DNA of 63,722 bases, filler included. It is 7 parts of 7 records of this genome, joined end to end, with 100 filler letters (N's around TTAATTAATTAA, not from the genome) between each part and the next. Parts side by side here need not be neighbours in the genome. Positions count along the whole stretch, not along the records: positions 1 to 27,431 come from SRR2962707_3650; 6 more parts are not named here. One strand, 5' to 3'. The translations under genes and the position numbers were made by a program. The notes beneath the pieces are model-generated. The model was not told the origin of the DNA, did not search any database, and was given only the letters and a program-made list of their open reading frames with translations. Positions 1 through 8,895 of this stretch are shown piece after piece. How positions within the stretch are numbered: the first letter of the stretch is position 1; every line of letters starts with the position of its first letter.

Positions 1-201
1 TGCGCGCAATTCGTCTGCGCCTTCGTCCGCATACGGGCCAGTTTGTGGAACGTTGAAACCAAGAGTAACTGTGCTACCGGTCGGCGCATTGGTGTACCCG
101 GCGTGGCTTCCAGCCGAAAGATACGTTGGCAGAGCAAGGCCAGCACCAGCAATAGCGCCCGTCTTGATCACGCCGCGACGTGTCAGATTGGTCTTGGACA
201 T
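1..201 (-). CDS. ABC transporter substrate-binding protein (branched-chain amino acid/LivJ-like family), Tat-exported; truncated at window start
   Basis: Not in the ORF track. The minus strand from ATG 201 reads MSKTNLTRRGVIKTGAIAGAGLALP...TVTLGFNVPQTGPYADEGADELRA: a twin-arginine signal plus a LivJ-type 'P-x-TGPYA-x-x-G' start. GGAGG RBS upstream. Confidence 0.8.
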   Translation of the reverse strand, partial: MSKTNLTRRGVIKTGAIAGAGLALPTYLSAGSHAGYTNAPTGSTVTLGFNVPQTGPYADEGADELRA

Positions 202-329
202 AAAAATCCTCCCATTTTTTTTGAATTGCGTCGTCGGGCTCCTCTTCCCAACGTCGCTGGCACTTTCGTGCAAAATCATTATTGGAAGGATAAGAAAATA
301 TCGCAACAACAGGCTTAGTTAAAAGAATA

Positions 330-388
330 ATTTTGTAAATTTATGAACAGTATATTATGGTATTCTGTAAATTAATTATTTGCGCAGC
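330..388. promoter_or_regulatory. Candidate ScfR-family operator in the divergent promoter region
   Basis: AT-rich intergenic stretch with TTTGTAAA (332-339), TCTGTAAA (364-371) and TTTGCGCA (379-386). These resemble the TTTGCAAA boxes of RamB/PrpR/PccR regulators. Confidence 0.4.
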
Positions 389-421
389 GCAGAAACGCGT
401 TGAAACGACAGGGAAAATGCC

Positions 422-1726
422 GTGGCCCGCGACACATTGACAGGCAGCCGGATCCGCGAAAGGCGGATCATGCTGGGTTTGAAGCAAGCAGATCTCGCGC
501 GGCGCGCTGATATTTCCGCATCCTATCTGAATTTGATCGAGCACAACCGGCGCAGAATCGGCGGCAAGCTGCTTGTTGATATCGCGGATATCCTGGGCGT
601 AGAGCTTGCGATGTTGACCGAAGGGGCAGGTGCAACCCTGTTGGCGACGCTGCGCGAGGCGGCCAGCGACGCGCCCCAGGCCGGTGCAGAGATGGACCGT
701 TTAGACGAATTTGCGGGACGTTTTCCGGGGTGGGCAGCGCTTTTGGCCCAAAGCCGTCGACGTATTGATACGCTGGAGCGAACCGTTTCGGTGCTCAATG
801 ACCGCATGACACATGACCCGCATTTGGCCGAGGCCTTGCATGAAATGCTCACCACGGTAACAGCGATCCGGTCAACCGCGTCAATTTTGGCTGAGCCGGG
901 AGAGATCGAACCCGAATGGCAGGATCGCTTTCACCGTAACATTAACGAAGACAGCGCGCGCCTGGCGGAGTCCAGCCGAGCTCTGGTGCAATATCTTGAT
1001 ACGGTCGACGATGTGTCCAATGACATTACCGCGCCGCAAGAAGAGGTCGAGGCGGTCCTGAACCGCAATGATCATTGTTTTGATGCCCTGGAAACCGGTG
1101 CGTCATCGGCAAAAGAGGTGTCCCGTAAGGAAAGCGCAGGGTTGTCCCATGTCGCCGATCAAATGTTGCAAGCGAGTTTAGACACCTACGCTGCGGATGT
1201 GGCTGCCGTGCCCCGATCTGTTGTTCTAAGTGGTCTGAAAGCGCACGGTTTCGACCCATTTGTTTTGTCAGAGAAATGGGGATGCAGCCCGCCTTTGGCG
1301 ATGCGCCGGATCGCTGCTTTGGCAAAACCCGCTGGGCTCCCGGCCGTTGCATTGACGATCTGTGATGCATCTGGCACGCTGACACACCGGAAAGCCAGCG
1401 ACGACTTGCAGTTTCCGCGTTTCGGGGCGGCGTGCACCATGCTGCCGCTCTATCAGGCTTTGGCGCAACCGGTATTTCCGGTCCAACGTTTGATCGAGCC
1501 GTCCGGTTCCAGTCTGTCTCGATTTATTGCGTATGCATATGCCATGCCGACGATTGCACCCCGCGCAAATCAGGCACCTTTGATCGAAGCACATATGTTG
1601 GCCGTCGCAGTCGAAACTACCTCATCACAAACGGATGTCATCGGTGTCGGAGTGAATTGTGGGATCTGTCCTCGAGAAAACTGCCTTGGGCGACGGGAAC
1701 CATCAATTTTAAGCCAAGGTTTGTGA
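422..1726 (+). CDS. XRE-family short-chain fatty acyl-CoA regulator (ScfR/RamB/PccR-like) with an internal DHp-like segment
   Basis: N-terminal HTH (QADLARRADISASYLNLIEHNRR), 'PQEEVE' motif, 'FPRFGAAC', and a C-terminal CGICPRENCLGRREP Cys cluster typical of ScfR proteins. Confidence 0.85.
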   Translation: MARDTLTGSRIRERRIMLGLKQADLARRADISASYLNLIEHNRRRIGGKLLVDIADILGVELAMLTEGAGATLLATLREAASDAPQAGAEMDRLDEFAGRFPGWAALLAQSRRRIDTLERTVSVLNDRMTHDPHLAEALHEMLTTVTAIRSTASILAEPGEIEPEWQDRFHRNINEDSARLAESSRALVQYLDTVDDVSNDITAPQEEVEAVLNRNDHCFDALETGASSAKEVSRKESAGLSHVADQMLQASLDTYAADVAAVPRSVVLSGLKAHGFDPFVLSEKWGCSPPLAMRRIAALAKPAGLPAVALTICDASGTLTHRKASDDLQFPRFGAACTMLPLYQALAQPVFPVQRLIEPSGSSLSRFIAYAYAMPTIAPRANQAPLIEAHMLAVAVETTSSQTDVIGVGVNCGICPRENCLGRREPSILSQGL

Positions 1727-1829
1727 CTCCGCTTTTGACTTGGGGGCCATGAATGGGGATAAATGGTAAAAACGTGATATGACGATAAGACATATAGCAG
1801 AGTAGCTACGATTGGGGGGGAGACCAAGA

Positions 1830-2198
1830 ATGGCAAAGACAGTCCTGGTGATCGAGGACGAACCGAATATTATTGAAGCCATTAGCTTTATCCTCTCTCG
1901 GGACGGTTGGACGGTAGATACTCATTCCAATGGGCATGATGCGGTAGGGGTTGTTCAATCCAAAAAACCGGATGTGTTGATTTTGGATGTTATGCTGCCG
2001 GGGCGTAGTGGGTATGATATTTTGCGAGAGTTGAGACAGGATTATTCGCCGCTGCAATTGCCCGTTTTGATGCTGACCGCTCGCGGTCAATCGAAAGATC
2101 GGGAATTGGCAGAACAGGCCGGGGTCAACCGATTTATGACCAAGCCTTTCGCAAATGCAGATGTTCTTGAAGCCGTGCGATCCTTGAGTCCCGTATGA
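1830..2198 (+). CDS. Single-domain response regulator (receiver only)
   Basis: VLVIEDE, LILDVMLPG (acceptor Asp), LMLTA and FMTKPF motifs. About 122 aa with no output domain. ATG 1830 follows a G-rich RBS. Confidence 0.9.
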   Translation: MAKTVLVIEDEPNIIEAISFILSRDGWTVDTHSNGHDAVGVVQSKKPDVLILDVMLPGRSGYDILRELRQDYSPLQLPVLMLTARGQSKDRELAEQAGVNRFMTKPFANADVLEAVRSLSPV

Positions 2199-2488
2199 AA
2201 GAAGACCTAGACCGCCCTTCACCGAGCCAAGCCATTTTCGTCGGGCGCCAAACGTACCGGCGTCGGCGGCTTATGGATGCTGCGCGATTTCTGCCGGTAG
2301 TGGGGGTCTTGCTGTGGTGCGTTCCGCTGTTGTGGGGGGACTCTGGCGATGATCAGGCGGTACATGCCTCAAGCGCGACGACCTATATCTTTGTTGTGTG
2401 GACGGTCTTGATTGGCTTTGGCCTATGGATGTCCTTTCCCCTAAAGGCAGTTGATACTGCAGAAGATGGGCGGAGTGATCCTTTATGA
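2195..2488 (+). CDS. Small two-TM membrane protein, translationally coupled to the RR and the kinase
   Basis: RRRRLMDAARFLP followed by two hydrophobic helices. ATGA overlaps at 2195-2198 and 2485-2488. Confidence 0.75.
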   Translation: MKEDLDRPSPSQAIFVGRQTYRRRRLMDAARFLPVVGVLLWCVPLLWGDSGDDQAVHASSATTYIFVVWTVLIGFGLWMSFPLKAVDTAEDGRSDPL

Positions 2489-5175
2489 CGACGCTGAACA
2501 CGCTGGTTGCAGTGTGTGTCGCGTATGTGATCATGCTGTTTTTGGTGGCCTTCGCAGCCGAGCGATCTGCGATTCAAGGGCGCGTTGGGTGGTTACGGCT
2601 CCCGCTTGTCTATACGTTGTCTTTGTCGATCTATTGTACGGCCTGGACGTTTTACGGTGCGGTGGGCAACGCGGCACGGTCAGGGCTTGAATATCTGACG
2701 ATCTATCTTGGTCCATCTTTGGTTATGATTGGCTGGTGGTGGGTATTGCGCAAACTTGTGCGCATTGGCCGGTCGCAGCGGATCACGTCCATTGCAGATT
2801 TGGTCTCTTCCCGCTTTGGCAAATCCAACTTGCTGGCAATTTGTGTGACGATCCTCGCGGTGATCGGAACGACACCCTATATCGCGCTTCAACTTCAGTC
2901 AGTCACCCTGTCTTTTGAGGTTTTTGCTGAAGCGGCTAGTCCGGGCCAACCGCAGGATCAAGGTATCACGGCATTGTACCTTGCCATGGGTTTGGCCCTG
3001 TTTACGGTGATTTTCGGGACCCGCAACCTTGATGCGAATGAGCGCCACCACGGCGTCGTCATGGCCATTGCGGTAGAAGCGGTGGTGAAGCTTTTTGCCC
3101 TTATGGCAGTTGGTGCCTTTGTGGTTTGGGGGGTCGCAGATGGCGTACAGGATACATTGGCGCGGATTGATGCGTCCAAGTTGGGCACATGGAATGTCGA
3201 TGGTGGGCGCTGGTTTGGCCTGATTGTTTTGTCTGCCGCTGCCTTTTTGTGTTTGCCGCGTATGTTTCAGGTCTTGGTCGTCGAAAATGACGACGAAAAT
3301 CATCTGCGCACGGCAAGTTGGGCCTTTCCGCTATACTTGATGCTTATGAGCCTTTTTGTGCTGCCCATCGCCGTTGTTGGGTTGGAATTGATGCCGAACA
3401 ACTCAAACCCAGACACCTTTGTGCTGACCGTACCCTTGTCTCAGGGGGCCAATGGTCTCGCTGTTCTGGCATTTCTGGGTGGTTTTTCATCCGCAACATC
3501 CATGGTTATTGTCGCGGCGATTGCACTGTCCACCATGGTGTCAAACCACATTGTTATGCCGATCTGGTTGCGCGTTACCGGAAACGGCGCATCGGTGTCG
3601 GGCGATGTGCGACACGTGGTGATGCTGGCAAGGCGGGTGTCGATCGTTGGGATCGTGATGTTGGGGTATATGTACTATCGCATGTCCGGCGGGGGCAGTG
3701 CCTTGTCGACCATTGGTCTTGTGTCCTTTGCAGGCGTTGCACAGGTGTTGCCCGTGCTGTTAGGCGGAATTTTCTGGCGGGGCGCGACGCGGATCGGCGC
3801 CTTTGCCGGTTTGACGGTTGGCTTTGGCATTTGGCTGTACACGTCATTCCTACCAAGCTTTGGCATCAGCATTTTCATGTCTGAATCGCTTTTTGCTCAT
3901 GGGCCGTTTGGGCTGAGTTGGCTAAAGCCTCATGCGCTTTTCGGCATTGGCGGGATTGATGTTCTGTTGCACGCCTTGTTGTGGAGCATTTCGCTCAATA
4001 CTGTTGTCTTCTTTGTCGTATCGATTGCCAGCTTTCCATCGCCATTGGAGCGGTTGCAGGGCGCGCAGTTCGTCAACGTTTTTCAGCATTCATTGGATGC
4101 GCGAAGCTGGTCGGCGGGCGTGGCTCAAAGCGAAGACTTGATGATCATGGCCCAACGAATTTTGGGCCCGCGTGAAACCCACGCCTTGTTTGAGCGAGAG
4201 GCCGACAGGCAAGGACGACGCGGAAAGCTACCGGAGCCGTCACCGGATTTCTTACAGTCCTTAGAGCGAGAGCTTTCTGGTTCGGTGGGGGCTGCCACAG
4301 CGCATGCGATGGTCGGGCAGATTGTAGGGGGCACGGCGGTATCCGTCGAAGATCTGATGGCTGTGGCCGATGAAACGGCGCAGATGATGGAGTATTCTTC
4401 GCGGCTGGAAACGCAGTCCGAAGCGTTGAGCCGGACGGCGCGGCAATTGCGCGAAGCCAACCAAAAACTGACTCGCCTTTCGGTGCAAAAAGACGCGTTT
4501 CTAAGCCAGATCAGCCATGAATTGCGCACGCCCATGACCTCAATTCGCGCATTCTCGGAAATTCTGCGCGACAGCACGGGGCTTTCAGAGGAAGAGCAAA
4601 CCAAATATGCGTCGATTATTCATGATGAAGCCATTCGTCTGACACGGCTTTTGGATGATCTTCTGGACATCAGTGTACTGGAAAATGGCCAGGTTAATTT
4701 GAACCTGCGTCATGGGCTGTTGGGCGACGTGTTGGAACGAGCGGCGGCGGCAGCGGCGGCGGATGAAAACGGGGCTAAGTTACGCATTTCCCGCAGCCTG
4801 GAAGATGAGAATTTGATGCTCTATACCGATCTGGATCGGCTCAGCCAGGTGTTTATTAATCTGATCGCAAATGCGCGAAAATATTGCGACGCCGATGTGC
4901 CCGTGCTTCAGATTCGAGTGACGCATTCAAGCGATCAGGTCACTTTGGATTTTGTCGACAATGGGTCTGGAATTTCGCCGGATGCACAAGACGTTGTGTT
5001 TGAAAAATTTGCCCGTGTCAGCGATCAAAAGGCTGGAGGGGCAGGTTTGGGTCTGGCGATTTGCCGCCAGATTTTGACTCGCCTGGGTGGAGAGATCCGG
5101 TATCTCAAGGGAGAACCCGGCGCGGCATTCCGGGTGGAATTGCCGATTGGAATTGCCGAAACGAATGCCGTTTGA
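2485..5175 (+). CDS. SLC5 (sodium:solute symporter)-STAC histidine kinase, CrbS/CbrA/PrlS-like, no PAS or REC domain
   Basis: About 13 TM segments with YTLSLSIYCTAWTFYGAVG and PYIALQL. STAC-like segment (DLMIMAQRILG...ERELSGSVGAATAHAMV). H-box SHELRTP, N-box NLIANARKY, G1 DNGSGI, G2 GAGLGL. Confidence 0.92.
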   Translation: MTTLNTLVAVCVAYVIMLFLVAFAAERSAIQGRVGWLRLPLVYTLSLSIYCTAWTFYGAVGNAARSGLEYLTIYLGPSLVMIGWWWVLRKLVRIGRSQRITSIADLVSSRFGKSNLLAICVTILAVIGTTPYIALQLQSVTLSFEVFAEAASPGQPQDQGITALYLAMGLALFTVIFGTRNLDANERHHGVVMAIAVEAVVKLFALMAVGAFVVWGVADGVQDTLARIDASKLGTWNVDGGRWFGLIVLSAAAFLCLPRMFQVLVVENDDENHLRTASWAFPLYLMLMSLFVLPIAVVGLELMPNNSNPDTFVLTVPLSQGANGLAVLAFLGGFSSATSMVIVAAIALSTMVSNHIVMPIWLRVTGNGASVSGDVRHVVMLARRVSIVGIVMLGYMYYRMSGGGSALSTIGLVSFAGVAQVLPVLLGGIFWRGATRIGAFAGLTVGFGIWLYTSFLPSFGISIFMSESLFAHGPFGLSWLKPHALFGIGGIDVLLHALLWSISLNTVVFFVVSIASFPSPLERLQGAQFVNVFQHSLDARSWSAGVAQSEDLMIMAQRILGPRETHALFEREADRQGRRGKLPEPSPDFLQSLERELSGSVGAATAHAMVGQIVGGTAVSVEDLMAVADETAQMMEYSSRLETQSEALSRTARQLREANQKLTRLSVQKDAFLSQISHELRTPMTSIRAFSEILRDSTGLSEEEQTKYASIIHDEAIRLTRLLDDLLDISVLENGQVNLNLRHGLLGDVLERAAAAAAADENGAKLRISRSLEDENLMLYTDLDRLSQVFINLIANARKYCDADVPVLQIRVTHSSDQVTLDFVDNGSGISPDAQDVVFEKFARVSDQKAGGAGLGLAICRQILTRLGGEIRYLKGEPGAAFRVELPIGIAETNAV

Positions 5176-5252
5176 CCTTGGCGTTTTAAAGCCCTTGGTA
5201 ACCAAATCACGCGATAAGCATCTGGTGGTAAGGCTTTGGGGTATTCTTGGAC

Positions 5253-6374
5253 ATGGTTAATCCGACACCATCCGGTATTTTGGGGCGCAAAGCCAATTCC
5301 GCTCGTCGACAGCATGAAGCGCGGACAATGACCCCAACAAAAGCTTTGCGTCGTGCATTGTCGCGAACGGCTGATCGATTGTGGGATCTCGCGTTGGTCG
5401 TCCAAGGCGTCGAACGGGGCATTTTTGACCAGGAAGAATGCGTTTCGCAGCTGCCAGAGGATGTGATGCTCATTCTGTTGGAAGGGGGAAATAGGGATTT
5501 GGGACTGGCCGCGATCAGTCGTCCGGTTGTTATGGCCCTTGTTGAGGTGCAAACCATTGGTGTCGTGACCGAGTTAACGGCCGACAACCGACCTTTTACT
5601 TATACAGATGCCGCGATGGTCGCACCGTTACTGGATGGGTGTCTGGAAAACCTTGAGCGGCAGCTTGAAGGCCTGCCAGAGCTGGAACTTATGGGCGGAT
5701 ATCGCTTTGGCGCAATGGTTGACGATGCACGAACCGCCGGTCTGGTGCTGGATAGCGCCGAATACAGGGCATTCCGGCTCCTTGCGGATGTGGAAGGCGG
5801 GCGGAAAAACGGAGAGATCCTGTTTTTGTTTCCTGAGTTGCTTAAACAAGAACCGACGGTCGAAGTCGATGACTCTGAAGGGCCGACAAAAGGTCCGTTT
5901 GAAGACTCGCTAAGCCTTGTACCGTTTCACATTCGCGTCCAGTTGCCTTCGATCCGGTTACCTTTGTCCAAGGCGAGCGGCTTGAAGATTGGCGACGTCT
6001 TGCGACTGCCGCCGGATTTCATCGCTTGTGCCGAAGTTCATGCGGGCCATGGTCAGAGGATCGCATCTGGTCGACTGGGGCAGATGAATGGCCATTGGGC
6101 GATCCGTCTTGCTCTACCAGATCACGGACACGACATTTCGGTCGAACCTGATTTAGACTCACAAGCGGAAATGCTAGCACAAGAGGACGTCTTCCCGCTT
6201 GATAAGGCTCGAGGCTTACCTATCGCGGCCCAGGACACCGAAGCGGGTGGGCCGCTCGCGCATAATGTGGCGGCGTTGGAAGATGATCTTGATTTTGATG
6301 GTTTGGATTTGCCCGACAGTCTTTTGGACGTCGCCGGGCAAATTGAAACTGAAGATTGGGCCGAAAATACCTGA
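5253..6374 (+). CDS. FliM/FliN (SpoA-domain) family protein, orphan
   Basis: C-terminal SpoA-like segment (LPLSKASGLKIGDVLRL...GRLGQMNGHWAIRL) and FliM-like 'RPFTYTDAAMV'. Acidic tail. Start uncertain (TTG 5247 or ATG 5253). Confidence 0.7.
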   Translation: MVNPTPSGILGRKANSARRQHEARTMTPTKALRRALSRTADRLWDLALVVQGVERGIFDQEECVSQLPEDVMLILLEGGNRDLGLAAISRPVVMALVEVQTIGVVTELTADNRPFTYTDAAMVAPLLDGCLENLERQLEGLPELELMGGYRFGAMVDDARTAGLVLDSAEYRAFRLLADVEGGRKNGEILFLFPELLKQEPTVEVDDSEGPTKGPFEDSLSLVPFHIRVQLPSIRLPLSKASGLKIGDVLRLPPDFIACAEVHAGHGQRIASGRLGQMNGHWAIRLALPDHGHDISVEPDLDSQAEMLAQEDVFPLDKARGLPIAAQDTEAGGPLAHNVAALEDDLDFDGLDLPDSLLDVAGQIETEDWAENT

Positions 6375-6388
6375 TCCAGAGACCTGAG

Positions 6389-6814
6389 TTAGCCGCCTGA
6401 GCGCGCGGCCAGTGTTGGTGCCAGACCAGCCAGATCGTAACCTGCCTCGGCCGCGTTTTTCAAAATGTCTTCTACCGGCATGGACCCGGACTGGGACAAA
6501 GCCCAAACAACAGTACATCGCGTCCCGCTGGCGCAATAGGCCAAGACAGGGCCCTTAGCCGCGTCAACGAGCTCAAACTGGCGACCAATATTTTCGGGCG
6601 TCATTGTCTGATGCGTCAAGGGAAGTACATGGAAGGCCATTCCGGCAGCTTCAACTGCCGCGCCTATCGCAGCCGCTTGCAAGGGAATGGGGACTTCGCC
6701 ATCTGGGCGGTTACAGATGACATCTGTAACGCCTGCGGCTTGCAATGCTGGGATATCTTCGACCGAAATCTGGGGCGAGACGTGGTACTTGTCTGTGATT
6801 TTTCTCATGTTCAT
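6389..6814 (-). CDS. TIGR01244/DUF442 family sulfurtransferase (phosphatase fold)
   Basis: VSPQI, ICNRPDGE and PVLAYCASGTR motifs. Confidence 0.88.
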   Translation of the reverse strand: MNMRKITDKYHVSPQISVEDIPALQAAGVTDVICNRPDGEVPIPLQAAAIGAAVEAAGMAFHVLPLTHQTMTPENIGRQFELVDAAKGPVLAYCASGTRCTVVWALSQSGSMPVEDILKNAAEAGYDLAGLAPTLAARSGG

Positions 6815-6825
6815 GCTTTCAGGAA

Positions 6826-7260
6826 TTACTCTGCCGGAACCATCCTGTCCAGCCTTGTGCGAAATGCCGGGGCAATTGCCATACCAGAGATCATAGCGGC
6901 GACAAAAATCCAAGTGCTAAGCCCACCAAAACTTAAAGAAGCGATGGCTGGTCCGGGGCATAGCCCTGCCAATCCCCACCCCATGCCAAAAAAGACAGAT
7001 CCAATGACAAGATTGCGGCCCAGTTTGGGTTCCGGAGGCGGTGGGAACGCGCCGCCGACAATCGGGGTTGAACGAAGTTTTGTGACCCGCCAAGCGATGG
7101 CCATCGGAATCATCGCGCCGCCCATGACAAAGGCTAATGTTGGATCCCAATCACCGAAAACATCCAGCCAACCTTGCACTTTTGTTGTGTCAGTCATGCC
7201 AGATATCAATAAGCCCGCGCCAAAGAAGCCACCCGCGATCAAAGCAAAAAGGTTGCGCAT
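6826..7260 (-). CDS. YeeE/YedE family sulfur-compound transporter subunit (PmpB-like)
   Basis: GLLISGMTD...FGDWDPTLAFVMGGA and FGMGWGLAGLCPGPA motifs. Confidence 0.88.
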   Translation of the reverse strand: MRNLFALIAGGFFGAGLLISGMTDTTKVQGWLDVFGDWDPTLAFVMGGAMIPMAIAWRVTKLRSTPIVGGAFPPPPEPKLGRNLVIGSVFFGMGWGLAGLCPGPAIASLSFGGLSTWIFVAAMISGMAIAPAFRTRLDRMVPAE

Positions 7261-7685
7261 CAGATCACTCCCAAAATGTGTCGGAACAAAACGACGGAAA
7301 ACCCGCCGGCACCGATATAAAAAACCGTGGCAACGATGCCGCGTAGGCTTAACCTCGAAATGCCGCAGACCCCGTGGCCCGAGGTGCAGCCATTTGCGAT
7401 CCGCGTTCCAATGCCAACAAACAACCCGGCTGCGATCAGCACGGCGATATTTGACGTCACATGCGTATCAACGCTGTCGTAAAAAGGGATCAGAAGGATG
7501 GGTAATACCACGACCCCAGCCAAAAAGCTGAGCCTTTCCCATTTCGTCGACAGGCCAGATTGATCGACCAACCCGCCAATGATCCCGCTAGCTCCCATGA
7601 TGCGGCCGTTCGCCAAAAGGTATACGGCCCCTCCGGTACCAATCAGCAGACCGCCGATCAGCCCCCAAATCCAGTCTTGTTCCAT
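7260..7685 (-). CDS. YeeE/YedE family sulfur-compound transporter subunit (PmpA-like)
   Basis: GGLLIG...NGRIMGASG and GTRIANGCTSGHGVCGISRLS motifs. Confidence 0.88.
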   Translation of the reverse strand: MEQDWIWGLIGGLLIGTGGAVYLLANGRIMGASGIIGGLVDQSGLSTKWERLSFLAGVVVLPILLIPFYDSVDTHVTSNIAVLIAAGLFVGIGTRIANGCTSGHGVCGISRLSLRGIVATVFYIGAGGFSVVLFRHILGVI

Positions 7686-7746
7686 TCTTGCGTTTCCTTG
7701 TTTTCCCCGGGTGGGGCCGGGCCTTCGCGGGACCCGGTATTGTCGT

Positions 7747-8610
7747 TTAAAGTTTGTTTACGGGCACTTTCAGAAATACGTTCCCGGCCTCATCTGGTTC
7801 GGGCATATTTCCGGCACGCATATTCACCTGAAGTGACGGTATGATCAGCTTTGGCATTGCGAGCGTCGCATCACGTGAGTCCCGCATCGCAACAAAATCT
7901 TCCGCAGACTTGCCGTTGCCGATATGAACGTTGAGCTCCTTTTGCTCGCGCACAGTCGTTTCCCAAGCGTATTGATCACGTCCTGGGGCTTTGTAGTCGT
8001 GGCCGACAAAAATCCGGGTTTCATCTGGAAGGGCCAGGATTCTTTGAATCGACTCAAACAAGGTTTCAGAGGAACCGCCCGGGAAATCGCAACGCGCTGT
8101 GCCAAAATCGGGCATGAACAACGTGTCGCCGACAAAGGCCGCGTCCCCAATAACATAGGTTAAACAAGCGGGCGTGTGGCCAGGCGTGTGCAAAACATCT
8201 CCGCGCATTTGGCCAATGTGAAGGCTGTCTCCGCCTTGGAATAGTTTGTCAAACTGGGATCCATCGCGCTGAAACTCTGTGCCTTCGTTAAAGACTTTGC
8301 CAAACGTGTCCTGCACGACAGTGATCTGATCGCCGATGCCAATTTTTCCACCCAATTTTTGTTGGATATATGGCGCGGCACTTAGGTGATCTGCGTGCAC
8401 ATGGCTTTCTAGCAACCATTCCAGCGTCAGATCGTTTTTCTCTATAAAGTCGATGATCGCATCGGCAGAACGGGTGTCCGTCCGGCCGGAGGCATAGTCG
8501 AAATCCAAAACACTATCGACCACGGCGCAAGCGCTGCCTTCGGGGTCTTTTACAACATAAGAAATGGTGTTTGTGGCTTCGTCAAAAAAGGCTGTGACTT
8601 CTGGTGACAT
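7747..8610 (-). CDS. Persulfide dioxygenase (ETHE1/Blh-like MBL-fold protein)
   Basis: ESHVHADHLSAA, HTPGHT, FVGDTLFMPDFGTARCDFPGG, GHDY and PSLQVNMRAG motifs. Confidence 0.88.
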   Translation of the reverse strand: MSPEVTAFFDEATNTISYVVKDPEGSACAVVDSVLDFDYASGRTDTRSADAIIDFIEKNDLTLEWLLESHVHADHLSAAPYIQQKLGGKIGIGDQITVVQDTFGKVFNEGTEFQRDGSQFDKLFQGGDSLHIGQMRGDVLHTPGHTPACLTYVIGDAAFVGDTLFMPDFGTARCDFPGGSSETLFESIQRILALPDETRIFVGHDYKAPGRDQYAWETTVREQKELNVHIGNGKSAEDFVAMRDSRDATLAMPKLIIPSLQVNMRAGNMPEPDEAGNVFLKVPVNKL

Positions 8611-8895
8611 GGGACTCTCTCCGTGTTCTGGGATAACATATAATCAATTTTGAATGTGTTGCAAGGGGGAGTTGTTCGTTGCTTTGATTCAGCGCAAGGA
8701 AATGGTCAGAAAATTGCTCTAAGATGTGTTGAACGCGTGCAGGAAGGTGAAATTCTGAGCAGCCATGACCTAAGTTAAAAGAGCAGCGAAATTTGTTGCC
8801 CGGAATTAACGAATTTATGGGCTTGCTTGGGCATTGTCGCGATATAAGAAACCGAGTCATTTTAAATGGCTCTGACAAAAAGGGAGGATTTTGTC

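Noticed and set aside
43-322. Plus-strand ORFs 43-318 and 53-322
   Set aside because: They overlap the minus-strand Tat-signal SBP gene and its promoter, which has an RBS and family motifs.
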